In this document: piece by piece, positions 36,768 through 46,525 of the stretch
How the letters are laid out: every line of letters begins with the position of its first letter
Position numbering within the stretch: the first letter of the stretch is position 1
Assembly (NCBI GenBank): GCA_945861875.1
Contig: CAMAWC010000008.1
Coordinates: 4,766 to 68,765, forward strand
Source: Bordetella parapertussis
GTDB taxonomy: Bacteria; Pseudomonadota; Gammaproteobacteria; Burkholderiales; SG8-39
DNA length: 64,000 nt
Reading direction: 5' to 3'
Notes under the pieces: generated by a model
What the model was told of the DNA's origin: nothing
What the model saw: the letters and a program-made list of their open reading frames with translations, nothing else
Database searches by the model: none
Translations under genes and position numbers: made by a program

Positions 36768-37550
36768 TCACTCCGGCCAGGCGGCCAGGAACTCTTGCCA
36801 GTGCTGTTCGCCCGAGGCCGACAGCGTGTCGCGCAACAGCCTGGCTTCGCGCTTGTAGCCGGCCGCGTCTATCGCCCCGCGCATCAGCTGGTAGCGCAGG
36901 AACACGAGGTAGGTATTGGCGACATCGGTCTCGCAATAAGCGCGGATTTCCGCCAGCCTGCCCTCGCAATAGGCCTGCCAGACCCTGGAGCCGTCCATGC
37001 CGAGCTTGCCCGGAAAACCGATCAGCTTGGCCAGTTCATCGAGCGGCACGTTGTTGCGCGGCTGGTACAACGCCAGCAAGTCCATCAGGTCGAGGTGGCG
37101 CGAGTGATAGCGGCTGATGTAGTTGTTCCACTTGAACTCGCGGTCCTCCTCGCCCATGTCCCAGTAGCGCGGCGCGCTGATGCCGTGTACCAGGCCGCGG
37201 TAATGCAGCACCGGCAGGTCAAAGCCGCCGCCGTTCCAGGACACCAGTTGCGGCGTGTATTTTTCAATGCCGTCGAAAAAGCGCTTGATCAAGGCCTCTT
37301 CGGAGTCGGCCGGCGTTCCCAGCGACCAGACCTTGATGCCCTCGCCTTCGCGCAGGGCGCAGGCGATGGACGCGACGCGCTGCATGTGCGGCGGCAGGAA
37401 GTCGCTGCCGCTCGCGCTCGCGGCGCGGCGGCGCTGGAACGCAATCTCCGCCACGTCCTGGTCGGAGACTTGGGGATCAAGGTCCCACAGGCGGCGCATA
37501 CCGCCGACGTCGGGAATGGTCTCGATATCGAAAACCAGGACAGGGGTCAT
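36768..37550 (-). CDS. Predicted 3'-5' exonuclease (PolB exonuclease-domain-like, RNase H fold)
   Basis: 260 aa. VLVFDIETIPD...LVSWNGGGFDLPVL...HLDLMD...YCETDV gives the Exo I/II/III acidic motifs. Confidence 0.75.
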   Translation of the reverse strand: MTPVLVFDIETIPDVGGMRRLWDLDPQVSDQDVAEIAFQRRRAASASGSDFLPPHMQRVASIACALREGEGIKVWSLGTPADSEEALIKRFFDGIEKYTPQLVSWNGGGFDLPVLHYRGLVHGISAPRYWDMGEEDREFKWNNYISRYHSRHLDLMDLLALYQPRNNVPLDELAKLIGFPGKLGMDGSRVWQAYCEGRLAEIRAYCETDVANTYLVFLRYQLMRGAIDAAGYKREARLLRDTLSASGEQHWQEFLAAWPE

Positions 37551-37684
37551 GGGCTACTCGGCAATCCGGTCGGTTGGGCAAGGACGCAATGGCTGGAAAA
37601 TGCCCGGCCACGGGCATGGCATCACCTGGAAACCCGCGCCAGTCGTGGCTTTCCAGACGATTACCTGCATTTTTCCAGAAAAAC

Positions 37685-38614
37685 TCACGGCGGGAAAACA
37701 CCGGTGGACAGGTAACGGTCGCCGCGGTCGCAGACGATGGAGACGATGGTGGCGTTCTTGAGTTGCGCCGAAACACGCAGCGCCACGGCCATGGCGCCGC
37801 CTGCAGATATGCCGCAAAAAATGCCCTCTTCGCGCGCCAGCCGGCGCGTCATGTCCTCGGCATCGGCCTGGCTGACGTACTCAATCCTGTCCACCCGCGC
37901 CTTGTCGTAAATTGTCGGCAGGTACGCCTCCGGCCATTTGCGAATGCCCGGGATCTGCGAGCCTTCGGTGGGTTGCGCACCAATCACCTCGATGGCCGGA
38001 TTCTGTTCCTTGAGGTATCGCGACACACCCATGATGGTGCCGGTGGTGCCCATGCTGGAAACAAAATGGGTGATGGTGCCGGCGGTATCTTTCCAGATTT
38101 CCGGGCCGGTCGTTTCGTAATGCGCCAGCGGATTGTCCGGGTTACCGAACTGGTCGAGGATCACGCCCTTGCCCGCGGCGCGCATCTGCTCGGCAAGATC
38201 GCGCGAGGACTCCATGCCGCCCGACTGCGGCGTAAGAATGATCTCGGCGCCAAAGGCGCGCATGGTCTGGCGGCGTTCTATGGACAGGTGTTCGGGCATG
38301 ATGAGGATCATGCGATAGCCCTTGATCGCCGCCGCCATGGCAAGGGCGATGCCGGTGTTGCCGCTGGTGGCCTCGATCAGCGTGTCGCCCGGCTTGATGC
38401 TGCCGCGCTGCTCGGCGCGGGTGATCATCGACAGCGCCGGCCTGTCCTTGACCGAACCGGCCGGGTTGTCGCCCTCCATTTTGCCCAGGATGATGTTGCC
38501 GTTCTTCTCGTTGACCTTGCCCGGGATGCGCACCAGGCGCACCAGCGGCGTACCGCCAATCAGGTTTTCGATTGTCTTGTAATCGGGCGATGAAGCGGAC
38601 TTCGACTTGGCCAT
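37685..38614 (-). CDS. cysM: Cysteine synthase B
   Basis: Start MAKSKSASSPDYKTIENLIGGTPLVRL at ATG 38614; the track ORF is over-extended to 39037. PLP-lysine context NPAGSVKDRPA and the motif SSMGTTGT are present. Confidence 0.9.
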   Translation of the reverse strand: MAKSKSASSPDYKTIENLIGGTPLVRLVRIPGKVNEKNGNIILGKMEGDNPAGSVKDRPALSMITRAEQRGSIKPGDTLIEATSGNTGIALAMAAAIKGYRMILIMPEHLSIERRQTMRAFGAEIILTPQSGGMESSRDLAEQMRAAGKGVILDQFGNPDNPLAHYETTGPEIWKDTAGTITHFVSSMGTTGTIMGVSRYLKEQNPAIEVIGAQPTEGSQIPGIRKWPEAYLPTIYDKARVDRIEYVSQADAEDMTRRLAREEGIFCGISAGGAMAVALRVSAQLKNATIVSIVCDRGDRYLSTGVFPP

Positions 38615-38635
38615 ATGTAAACCTGAACCTGCGGT

Positions 38636-38661
38636 AAAAAGATCGCGCCCGCGGCGGGCGC
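38636..38661 (-). terminator. Probable rho-independent terminator after hldD
   Basis: The minus strand reads GCGCCCGC-C-GCGGGCGC followed by GATCTTTTT. Confidence 0.5.
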
Positions 38662-38670
38662 CGTGAAGGA

Positions 38671-39693
38671 CTAAGGTGCCGGAGGGGAACCGGCGGCGGT
38701 GCTGAGCAGGCCGCCGACATAAGCGCCGACCCCCTCCTCCACGCCGGTGAAGGGTGCCGTATAGCCGGCGCGACGCAGCGCGCCCACGTCGGCCTGGGTG
38801 TAACTCTGGTACTTTCCCTTGAGTTGCTCCGGGAAGGGTATGTATTCGAGCAGGCCCTGGGCGGTCATTTCCGTCAGCGACAAGGCCGGTTTGCCCTCGT
38901 GACTGCGACAGGCGTTGATGACCGCCATGGCCACATCGTTGAAGGGCTGGGCGCGGCCGGTACCGACGTTGAAAATACCCGAGCTGTCGGGGTTGTCGAG
39001 AAAGTGCAGGTTGACCTTGATGACATCGTCTACGCAAATGAAGTCGCGCAGCTGCCCGCCGTCGCCGTAGCCGTCGCTGCCCTCGAACAGGCGCACCTTG
39101 CCGCCGTCGCGAAACTGCTGCAGGCCGTGCCAGGCCACCGAGGCCATGCGCCCCTTGTGCGCCTCGTTGCGGCCATAGACGTTGAAGTAGCGAAACCCGG
39201 CGATCTGCGCACCGGCATCGGCAAAGCGCCGGCGCACCGCCTGGTCAAAGAGGAATTTGGAATAGCCGTAGACGTTGAGCGGCGACTCGCAGCTGCGCTC
39301 CTCGCGAAACTCCCTGCCGCCGCCGTAGACCGCGGCCGAGGAGGCATAGATGAACGGCACCTCTTCATCGAGGCAAAAATCGAGCAGGCCGAGCGAGTAG
39401 CGGTAGTTATTCTCCATCATGTAGCGGCCGTCGGTCTCCATGGTGTCCGAGCAGGCGCCCTGGTGCATGACCGCGTCGATGCCGCCGTCGAACTCGCCGC
39501 GCACCAGGCGCTCGAGGAAATCGCGCTTGTCGATGAAATCGGCGATGTCGCAATCGACCAGGTTGCGGAACTTGTCGGCGCGGGAAAGATTATCGACGGC
39601 GATGATGTCGGTCTCGCCGCGCGCGTTCAGCGCGCGCACGAGGTTGGATCCGATGAAGCCGGCGGCGCCGGTGACGATAATATAGCTGCTCAT
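38671..39693 (-). CDS. hldD: ADP-L-glycero-D-manno-heptose 6-epimerase
   Basis: 340 aa: [36 protein letters not shown]...[10 protein letters not shown]. Confidence 0.92.
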   Translation of the reverse strand: MSSYIIVTGAAGFIGSNLVRALNARGETDIIAVDNLSRADKFRNLVDCDIADFIDKRDFLERLVRGEFDGGIDAVMHQGACSDTMETDGRYMMENNYRYSLGLLDFCLDEEVPFIYASSAAVYGGGREFREERSCESPLNVYGYSKFLFDQAVRRRFADAGAQIAGFRYFNVYGRNEAHKGRMASVAWHGLQQFRDGGKVRLFEGSDGYGDGGQLRDFICVDDVIKVNLHFLDNPDSSGIFNVGTGRAQPFNDVAMAVINACRSHEGKPALSLTEMTAQGLLEYIPFPEQLKGKYQSYTQADVGALRRAGYTAPFTGVEEGVGAYVGGLLSTAAGSPPAP

Positions 39694-39705
39694 GGCCGGA
39701 TTCTA

Positions 39706-40665
39706 TCAGGCTGACGCCGTGCTTCCCCCGGAGAGCGCCGCGGCCAGCTCCTGCGGCCGCACCACCGCAGTACCCAGTTTGCCGACAACGATGCCGGCGG
39801 CGAGGTTGGCGACATGCATCGCCTCGGGCAGCCTGGCGCCGCAGCCGAGCATGGCCGCAAGCACCGCAATGACCGTATCGCCGGCACCGGTGACATCGAA
39901 CACCTCGCGCGCCTTGGCCGGCTCATGGCTCACGCCCTGTTCCTCGTAAAGCGTCATGCCCTCTTCGCTGCGCGTTACCAGCAGCGCGGCGAGGCCCAGC
40001 TCTGCGCGCAGCGCCTGCGCCTTGGCGGTCAGTTCCTCCTCGGACGCCCAGCGTCCGACCACCTCGCGCAATTCACCGCGGTTGGGGGTGACCACGGTCG
40101 CCCCCTGGTACTTGGAATAATCGCCGCCCTTGGGGTCGACCAGCACCGCCTTGCCCAGCTCGCGCGCAAGGTCGATCATCTGGGTGATATGGGTGAGTCC
40201 GCCCTTGCCGTAGTCGGACAGGATCACCGCATCGCAGTCCTTGAGCAGGGTCTTGTATTCGGCCAGTTTTCCCAGCAGCACCTCGTGACTGGGCGCGGTT
40301 TCAAAATCGATGCGTATCAGCTGTTGCTGGCGGCCGAGCACGCGCAGCTTGACGGTGGTGTCGATGGAGGCGTCCTGGTGCAGGCTGGCACGAATGCCCG
40401 CCCCCTCGACCAGCGCGCGCAGGCTGCGGCCGGCCTCGTCATCGCCCACCACCGACAGCAGCACCGTGTCCACACCGAGGGCGGCGGCATTGCGCGCAAC
40501 GTTCGCGGCGCCGCCCGGGCGCTCCTCGGTGCGCTCGACCCTGACCACCGGCACCGGCGCCTCGGGCGAGATGCGCTCGACCTCGCCAAACCAGTAGCGA
40601 TCGAGCATCACGTCACCCACCACCAGCAGGCGGGCCTTGGAAAAATCCGGCAGCTTGCTCATCAT
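39706..40665 (-). CDS. hldA: D-glycero-beta-D-manno-heptose-7-phosphate kinase (RfaE domain I type)
   Basis: 319 aa. ARLLVVGDVMLDRYWFGEVERISPEAPVPVV...GGAANVARN, with the PfkB-family motif DVTGAGDTV. Confidence 0.87.
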   Translation of the reverse strand: MMSKLPDFSKARLLVVGDVMLDRYWFGEVERISPEAPVPVVRVERTEERPGGAANVARNAAALGVDTVLLSVVGDDEAGRSLRALVEGAGIRASLHQDASIDTTVKLRVLGRQQQLIRIDFETAPSHEVLLGKLAEYKTLLKDCDAVILSDYGKGGLTHITQMIDLARELGKAVLVDPKGGDYSKYQGATVVTPNRGELREVVGRWASEEELTAKAQALRAELGLAALLVTRSEEGMTLYEEQGVSHEPAKAREVFDVTGAGDTVIAVLAAMLGCGARLPEAMHVANLAAGIVVGKLGTAVVRPQELAAALSGGSTASA

Positions 40666-40671
40666 CGCCGC

Positions 40672-41994
40672 CTACAACCGTCCGATGGCGTGATAGGCGA
40701 GGCCGTGGCGCCGCACCTCTGCCGGGACATAGAGGTTGCGGCCGTCAAACACCGCGGGGGTCTTCAAGGCGGCCTTGATGGCGGCAAAATCGGGACTGCG
40801 GAACTCCTTCCACTCGGTCACGATCGCCAGCACGTCGGCGCCCTCGAGCGCAGCCATGGGCGAACTGGCGTACCGGATGCGCTCATCGGCGCCGAATAAG
40901 TGCCGCGCCTCGTCCATCGCCACCGGGTCGTAGGTGGTCACCACCGCGCCGCGGCGCAGCAGCTCGTCGATGAGCACGCGGCTGGGCGCCTCGCGCATGT
41001 CGTCGGTGTTGGGCTTGAAGGCAAGTCCCCAGACGGCGATATTGCGTCCGCTGAGGTCTTCGCCCAGCGCCTTGACGATTTTTCCGGCCAGCACCTCTTT
41101 TTGGTTGCCGTTGACACGCTCGACCGCGTCAAGGATGTGCAAGGGCATCCCCATGGCAACCGCGGTGCGCTGCAAGGCCTGCACGTCCTTGGGAAAACAC
41201 GAGCCGCCGTAACCGGCGCCCGGATAAAGAAAGTGGTAACCGATGCGCGGATCCGAACCGATGCCGCGGCGCACGTCCTCGATGTCGGCGCCCACCCGCT
41301 CGGCGAGGTTGGCCATCTCGTTCATGAAGGAAATGCGCGTCGCCAGCATGGCGTTGGCGGCATATTTGGTCAGCTCCGCCGAGCGCACACCCATGACAAT
41401 GAGGCGTTCGTGGTTGCGCTGGAACGGCGCGTACAGCGCGCGCATCAACTGCGTGCCGCGCTCGTCTTCACTGCCGATCACAATGCGGTCCGGGCGCATA
41501 AAGTCCTCGATCGCGGCGCCCTCCTTGAGGAACTCCGGGTTGGACACCACCGAAAAGGGCACGTCCACACCGCGCTTTTTCAGCTCTTCGCTGACGGCGT
41601 TGCGCACTTTTTCCGCCGTCCCCACCGGCACCGTGGATTTGTCCACCACCAGCCGGTAGCTGTCCATGCTGCGGCCAATGCCGCGCGCCGCCGCCACCAC
41701 ATACTGCAGGTCGGCCGACCCGTCCTCGCCCGGGGGCGTGCCCACGGCGATGAACTGCACCTCGCCAAAAGCCACACCGGCGGCGATATCGGTGCTGAAC
41801 TTGAGCCGCCCGGCGGCGCGGTTGCGCTTGACCATCTCGAGCAGGCCGGGTTCGTAAATCGGCAAACCACCCTCGTTAAGGGTGCGTATCTTGCGTTCGT
41901 CGACGTCCAGGCAAAGCACATCGTTACCGACCTCGGCAAAGCAGGCGCCGGTAACCAGGCCGACATAGCCGGTACCGATCATGGTTATTTTCAA
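40672..41994 (-). CDS. ugd: UDP-glucose 6-dehydrogenase
   Basis: 440 aa with a TTG start 7 nt after [34 protein letters not shown]...GGSCFPKD. Confidence 0.92.
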   Translation of the reverse strand: MKITMIGTGYVGLVTGACFAEVGNDVLCLDVDERKIRTLNEGGLPIYEPGLLEMVKRNRAAGRLKFSTDIAAGVAFGEVQFIAVGTPPGEDGSADLQYVVAAARGIGRSMDSYRLVVDKSTVPVGTAEKVRNAVSEELKKRGVDVPFSVVSNPEFLKEGAAIEDFMRPDRIVIGSEDERGTQLMRALYAPFQRNHERLIVMGVRSAELTKYAANAMLATRISFMNEMANLAERVGADIEDVRRGIGSDPRIGYHFLYPGAGYGGSCFPKDVQALQRTAVAMGMPLHILDAVERVNGNQKEVLAGKIVKALGEDLSGRNIAVWGLAFKPNTDDMREAPSRVLIDELLRRGAVVTTYDPVAMDEARHLFGADERIRYASSPMAALEGADVLAIVTEWKEFRSPDFAAIKAALKTPAVFDGRNLYVPAEVRRHGLAYHAIGRL

Positions 41995-42010
41995 ATCAAC
42001 ACTCCCAACA

Positions 42011-42052
42011 ATTCACTTTTCACTTTTCACTATTCACTATTCACTTTTCACC
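42011..42052. repeat. Six in-phase heptamer repeats WTTCACY (minus strand: GGTGAAA AGTGAAT AGTGAAT AGTGAAA AGTGAAA AGTGAAT) in the lapB-ugd spacer
   Basis: Read directly. The array begins 10 nt after the lapB stop on the coding strand. Confidence 0.9.
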
Positions 42053-42062
42053 AATAAATCCC

Positions 42063-43241
42063 TCATGGCGCGACATCAAACTCCTCGGTACGTCTTGGGG
42101 GGTAGGTTTCCCATCCGCTGCAGGCCGGGCAATGCCAGTAAAACTGCCGCGCCTTGAAGCCGCAGCTGTCGCAACTATACCGGGCCAGCCTGCGCGTATG
42201 GCCGTGCACCAGGTTCTTCATCAGTTCCAGGTCGGACCGGCGCTCGGGAGGCGCCATGATGAGCTGCGCCTCGAGCAGTTTATCCAGGCCGAGCAGCGTC
42301 GGCGTGCGCCGCAATTCGTCGCGCACCAGTTTGTACGCCTCCTCGGGACCGGCGGTCTCGAGCGTTGCCTGGAAAGCCACATCAAGCAGGTCAAGCGAGG
42401 CATGGCTGGCGAGCAAGCCCTTGATCAGCACCAGGCCCTCTTCCACGCGGCCCAGGGCGCGAAAGCTTTCAATCAGGCGTTGCGCCACCAGCGCGAGATA
42501 GGCGGGTGTCTGCTGTTCGATGCGCTTCCATGCAAGCACCGCCTGCTCGTGTTCGCCCGCGGCCGCGTGCAAATCGCCCAGCTGCATGTTGGCCCTGACG
42601 CACTTGCGGCTCGCGGCAAGCGCCTCATCGAGGTAGGCGCGCGCCTGCTCGGTGCGCGAGTGCGTCGCCTCGACGGCGGCGAGCTCGCAGTAAAAATTGG
42701 CGATCTCCTTTTGCAGTGACTTGCCCGAACCATCGGACAATTGGCGCGCCGCCTGCACCGCCTTGAGCCATTCCTTTTCCTGCTGGTAAATGTCGAGCAG
42801 GAAGCCCAGCGCCTCGACGCGGTGCGAACCGGCGCGCAACTTCTCAAACACTTCCTCGGCACGGTCAAGGAGGCCGGCCTTGAGATAGTCCTGCCCCAAT
42901 TCAAACATCGCCGCAAGACGCTGCTCGCCGGGCAGGTCGCCGCGCTCGAGCAGGTTCTGGTGCATGCGAATCGCCCGCTCCGTCTCACCGCGCCGGCGAA
43001 ACAGGCTGCCGAGGGCAAAATGCAGCTCTATGGTCTCCGGGTCGAGCTTGACCACCTCGATGAAGGCATCGATGGCCTTGTCCGGCTGCTCGTTGAGCAG
43101 GAAATTGAGGCCGCGAAAGTAGGAGCGCGGCAGCGACTTGGACTCGGCGATCAGGTGGCGTATGTCGATGCGCGCGGCAAGCCAGCCGAGGCCGAAAAAC
43201 AGCGGAAAACCAAGCAGCCACCAGTATTCGAATTCCGGCAT
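42063..43241 (-). CDS. lapB: Lipopolysaccharide assembly protein LapB (YciM)
   Basis: 392 aa. N-terminal TM helix, TPR repeats and a C-terminal rubredoxin-like zinc motif CDSCGF...WHCPACSGW. Confidence 0.9.
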   Translation of the reverse strand: MPEFEYWWLLGFPLFFGLGWLAARIDIRHLIAESKSLPRSYFRGLNFLLNEQPDKAIDAFIEVVKLDPETIELHFALGSLFRRRGETERAIRMHQNLLERGDLPGEQRLAAMFELGQDYLKAGLLDRAEEVFEKLRAGSHRVEALGFLLDIYQQEKEWLKAVQAARQLSDGSGKSLQKEIANFYCELAAVEATHSRTEQARAYLDEALAASRKCVRANMQLGDLHAAAGEHEQAVLAWKRIEQQTPAYLALVAQRLIESFRALGRVEEGLVLIKGLLASHASLDLLDVAFQATLETAGPEEAYKLVRDELRRTPTLLGLDKLLEAQLIMAPPERRSDLELMKNLVHGHTRRLARYSCDSCGFKARQFYWHCPACSGWETYPPRRTEEFDVAP

Positions 43242-43258
43242 GTCAGGCGGGCATCGTT

Positions 43259-43555
43259 CTAGGCGGCATCGGGCGGGGGCATCGCCGGACGCTCCTGGGC
43301 GCGCAGGCGCAACTCGCGCTTCAGGCGGGCGATTTCGCGGCGTTGCCCGAACATTCGGGCAAGGCAGGCGAGCACACCCAGCAGGGCCCCGCCGGCCATG
43401 AATGCGAGCAGCAGCAGCACCAGCGGCGCCTGCCAGGTCTGTTCAAACCACAGCCGCAGCGTCACCGTCTCGGTGTTCTTGATGGAAAACAGGAACAACG
43501 CCAGGAACAGCACGGCGCGCAACGTCCATGAAAGGATTGAGAGCAGCTTGTTCAT
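43259..43555 (-). CDS. lapA: Lipopolysaccharide assembly protein LapA (YciS)
   Basis: 98 aa, two TM helices, located directly upstream of lapB. Confidence 0.8.
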   Translation of the reverse strand: MNKLLSILSWTLRAVLFLALFLFSIKNTETVTLRLWFEQTWQAPLVLLLLAFMAGGALLGVLACLARMFGQRREIARLKRELRLRAQERPAMPPPDAA

Positions 43556-43558
43556 CTA

Positions 43559-43613
43559 AAAAATCAACGAAACATCAATGAAACATCAACGAAACATCAA
43601 TGAAACATCAACA
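43559..43613. repeat. Five tandem 11-mers AAACATCAAYG (minus strand TTGATGTTTCR) between the ihfB terminator and the lapA start
   Basis: Read directly. The first unit is degenerate and the array ends 4 nt from the lapA ATG. Confidence 0.9.
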
Positions 43614-43650
43614 CAAACAAAAACGGCGGCGCCACCATGGCACCGCCGTG
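43612..43650 (-). terminator. Rho-independent terminator after ihfB
   Basis: The minus strand reads ACGGCGGTGCC-ATGGTG-GCGCCGCCGT followed by TTTTTGTTTG. Confidence 0.6.
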
Positions 43651-43709
43651 TATCAAGCCGTCGTGCATCAACAACTTGCGCAACACGCGCACCCGTCAGC
43701 CCCGGGACC

Positions 43710-43994
43710 TCATTCTTTGGTGTCGACCCGTTCGCGCAATTCCTTGCCGGCCTTGAAATGGGGCACGAACTTTTCCGGCACGTGCACCTTTTCACCCGAC
43801 TTGGGATTGCGCCCGACGCGTGCCGGCCGGTGATTCAGGCCGAAACTGCCAAAGCCGCGGATTTCGATGCGCTGCCCCTCGACCAGACTTTGCGTCATGG
43901 CATCGAGGATCATCTTTACCGCAAATTCCGCGTCCTTGGCCACCAGCTGCGGATAACGCGCAGCCAGCCTGGCGATCAGTTCCGACTTGGTCAT
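43710..43994 (-). CDS. ihfB: Integration host factor subunit beta
   Basis: 94 aa: [70 protein letters not shown]. Confidence 0.95.
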   Translation of the reverse strand: MTKSELIARLAARYPQLVAKDAEFAVKMILDAMTQSLVEGQRIEIRGFGSFGLNHRPARVGRNPKSGEKVHVPEKFVPHFKAGKELRERVDTKE

Positions 43995-44010
43995 GAGCGA
44001 CTATCCCGCG

Positions 44011-45732
44011 TTATTGTTGGACGTTCTTGGTGTCCAGCTTGGCCTTGAGCAGCGCACCCAGGTTGGTGCTGCCGGTGCTGGCCGCGTTCTGGCTTTGCAC
44101 TTTATGCATGGCATCGCCTTCGTCGGCCATGTCCTTGGCCTTGATGGACAGGTTGATTGCGCGGTTCTTGCGGTCGACGTTGATGATCATCGCGGTAAGC
44201 TCGTCGCCTTCCTTGAGGTGTTTGGTCGCATCTTCGACGCGGTCGCGCGAAATTTCCGAAGCCCGCAGGTAACCCTCGACCTCGCCCTCGAGCACCAACA
44301 CGGCGCCCTTGGCATCCACCGTCTTGACGGTACCCTGCACGATGCTGTTCTTGTCGTGCGTGGCAACGTAGTTGGTGAACGGGTCGCCATCCATCTGCTT
44401 GATGCCAAGCGAAATACGCTCGCGCTCGACGTCGATGGACAACACCAGCGCCTCGACCTCGTCGCCCTTTTTGAAGTTGCGCACGGCCTCTTCGCCGGCA
44501 ACGCTCCAGGACAGGTCCGACAGGTGCACCAGGCCGTCGATGCCGCCTGCGAGGCCGATGAAAATGCCAAAGTCGGTGATCGACTTGATCTGGCCCTTCA
44601 CGCGGTCGCCCTTCTTGCAGTTCATGGAAAAGTCGTCCCACGGATTGGCGAGGCACTGCTTCATGCCCAGCGAAATGCGGCGGCGCTCCTCGTCGATCTC
44701 AAGGATCATGACTTCGACTTCATCGCCAAGCTGCACCACCTTGGACGGATGGACGTTCTTGTTGGTCCAGTCCATTTCGGACACGTGCACCAGGCCCTCG
44801 ATGCCCTGCTCGACTTCGACAAACGCGCCGTAGTCGGTGAGGTTGGTGACCTTGCCGAACAGGCGCGTGCTGGTCGGGTAACGGCGCGACAAGCCTACCC
44901 ACGGGTCCTCGCCCAGCTGCTTCATGCCGAGGGAAACGCGGTTCTTTTCCTGGTCGAACTTGAGGATTTTGGCGGTGACTTCATCGCCCACGGCCAGCAC
45001 TTCGGACGGGTGCTTGACACGGCGCCATGCGAGGTCGGTGATGTGCAGCAGGCCGTCGATGCCTCCGAGGTCGACAAACGCGCCGTAGTCGGTGATGTTC
45101 TTGACGATGCCCTTGACCACCGCGCCTTCGGCGAGGGTCTGCAGCAGTTTCTGGCGCTCTTCACCCTGGCTCGCCTCGAGCACGGCGCGGCGCGACACCA
45201 CCACGTTGTTGCGCTTGCGGTCGAGCTTGATGACGCGAAATTCCATTTCCTTGCCCTCAAAGGGCGTGGTGTCCTTGACCGGGCGGATGTCAACGAGCGA
45301 ACCGGGCAGGAAGGCGCGGATGCCGTTGGTCATGACGGTCAGGCCGCCCTTGACCTTGCCGCTTATCAGGCCGGAGACGAGCGCGCCCGTTTCCATGGCT
45401 TTTTCCAGGTCCATCCAGGCGGCGAGGCGCTTAGCCTTGTCGCGCGACAGGCGGGTTTCGCCAAAGCCGTCTTCAAGGGCTTCGATGCAGACCGAGACGA
45501 AATCGCCCGGTTTGACTTCCATTTCACCCTTGTCATTGCGGAATTCTTCGAGCGCGACAAACGACTCGGACTTGAGGCCGGCGTTGATCACGACAAAATT
45601 CATATCGACACGGACCACCTCGCCGGTGATCACTTCGCCGACGCGCATTTCCTTGCGTGTCAGGCTGTCTTCAAACATTGCCGCAAAGCTTTCCATATCT
45701 TCGGAAGGCGCGACGTTGGTTACGTTGGACAT
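44011..45732 (-). CDS. rpsA: 30S ribosomal protein S1
   Basis: Six S1 domains with N-terminus [27 protein letters not shown] at 45732 is preferred; the track start is 45744. Confidence 0.95.
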   Translation of the reverse strand: MSNVTNVAPSEDMESFAAMFEDSLTRKEMRVGEVITGEVVRVDMNFVVINAGLKSESFVALEEFRNDKGEMEVKPGDFVSVCIEALEDGFGETRLSRDKAKRLAAWMDLEKAMETGALVSGLISGKVKGGLTVMTNGIRAFLPGSLVDIRPVKDTTPFEGKEMEFRVIKLDRKRNNVVVSRRAVLEASQGEERQKLLQTLAEGAVVKGIVKNITDYGAFVDLGGIDGLLHITDLAWRRVKHPSEVLAVGDEVTAKILKFDQEKNRVSLGMKQLGEDPWVGLSRRYPTSTRLFGKVTNLTDYGAFVEVEQGIEGLVHVSEMDWTNKNVHPSKVVQLGDEVEVMILEIDEERRRISLGMKQCLANPWDDFSMNCKKGDRVKGQIKSITDFGIFIGLAGGIDGLVHLSDLSWSVAGEEAVRNFKKGDEVEALVLSIDVERERISLGIKQMDGDPFTNYVATHDKNSIVQGTVKTVDAKGAVLVLEGEVEGYLRASEISRDRVEDATKHLKEGDELTAMIINVDRKNRAINLSIKAKDMADEGDAMHKVQSQNAASTGSTNLGALLKAKLDTKNVQQ

Positions 45733-45829
45733 AGGTACCTGCATTTAAAACCGCCATTACAGCGGGTCAGTTGTAAAAAGGCATGTTCGCCTGCGGGTCG
45801 GCCGCAAGGTCGTCAATGCCACCGTTTTA

Positions 45830-45855
45830 CTGCTTGTTGCCCCTGCTTGTTGCCC
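45830..45855. repeat. Tandem 13-mer CTGCTTGTTGCCC x2 directly after the cmk stop codon
   Basis: The minus strand reads TGA-GGGGCAACAAGCAG-GGGCAACAAGCAG. Confidence 0.85.
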
Positions 45856-45856
45856 C

Positions 45857-46525
45857 TCAGTGTTTTGCTGCCACGTCCCGGTACCAACCGAGGATCAGTT
45901 GCGCAACCTCCTGAATTCCAAGAGATGTACTGTCCAGCAGCCTGGCGTCCGGCGTTTGTGCAAGTGGTGCGATGCTACGACTGGCATCGCGCACATCGCG
46001 CTCGCGCAACTCCGACAAAAGGATGTCGATACTAGCAGGGATTCCTTTTTGTTTCAACTGTTTATGCCTGCGCTCGGCGCGCGCCTCGGCGCTTGCGGTA
46101 AGAAACACCTTGAGCGCCGCATCGGCGAACACCACCGAGCCCATGTCGCGCCCGTCGGCAACCAGTCCGGGGGCCTTGCGGTAGCCGCGCTGGCGCTCCA
46201 GCAGGGCCGCGCGCACGCCCGGCAGGGCCGCGACCCTGGAGGCGCCCAAGCCAACCGCCTCGAGGCGGATTTGGTCGGTCACCCGCTCACCCGCGAGCCA
46301 GATCTCGCCAGCCTCAAAACGGGCATCCAGACTGGCCGCAATACCAGCCAATTCCCCTTCCGAATCAAAGGCAATCCCGGATTTTTGTGCCGCCAAGGCA
46401 ACCAGGCGGTAAAGCGCGCCACTGTCCAGGTAATGCAACCCGAGGGTCTTGGCGACGATTTCGGCGATGGTGCCCTTGCCCGAGGCAGTCGGTCCGTCTA
46501 TGGCAATGACAGGAACCGGGCTCAT
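45857..46525 (-). CDS. cmk: Cytidylate kinase
   Basis: 222 aa with P-loop [13 protein letters not shown]. Confidence 0.93.
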   Translation of the reverse strand: MSPVPVIAIDGPTASGKGTIAEIVAKTLGLHYLDSGALYRLVALAAQKSGIAFDSEGELAGIAASLDARFEAGEIWLAGERVTDQIRLEAVGLGASRVAALPGVRAALLERQRGYRKAPGLVADGRDMGSVVFADAALKVFLTASAEARAERRHKQLKQKGIPASIDILLSELRERDVRDASRSIAPLAQTPDARLLDSTSLGIQEVAQLILGWYRDVAAKH

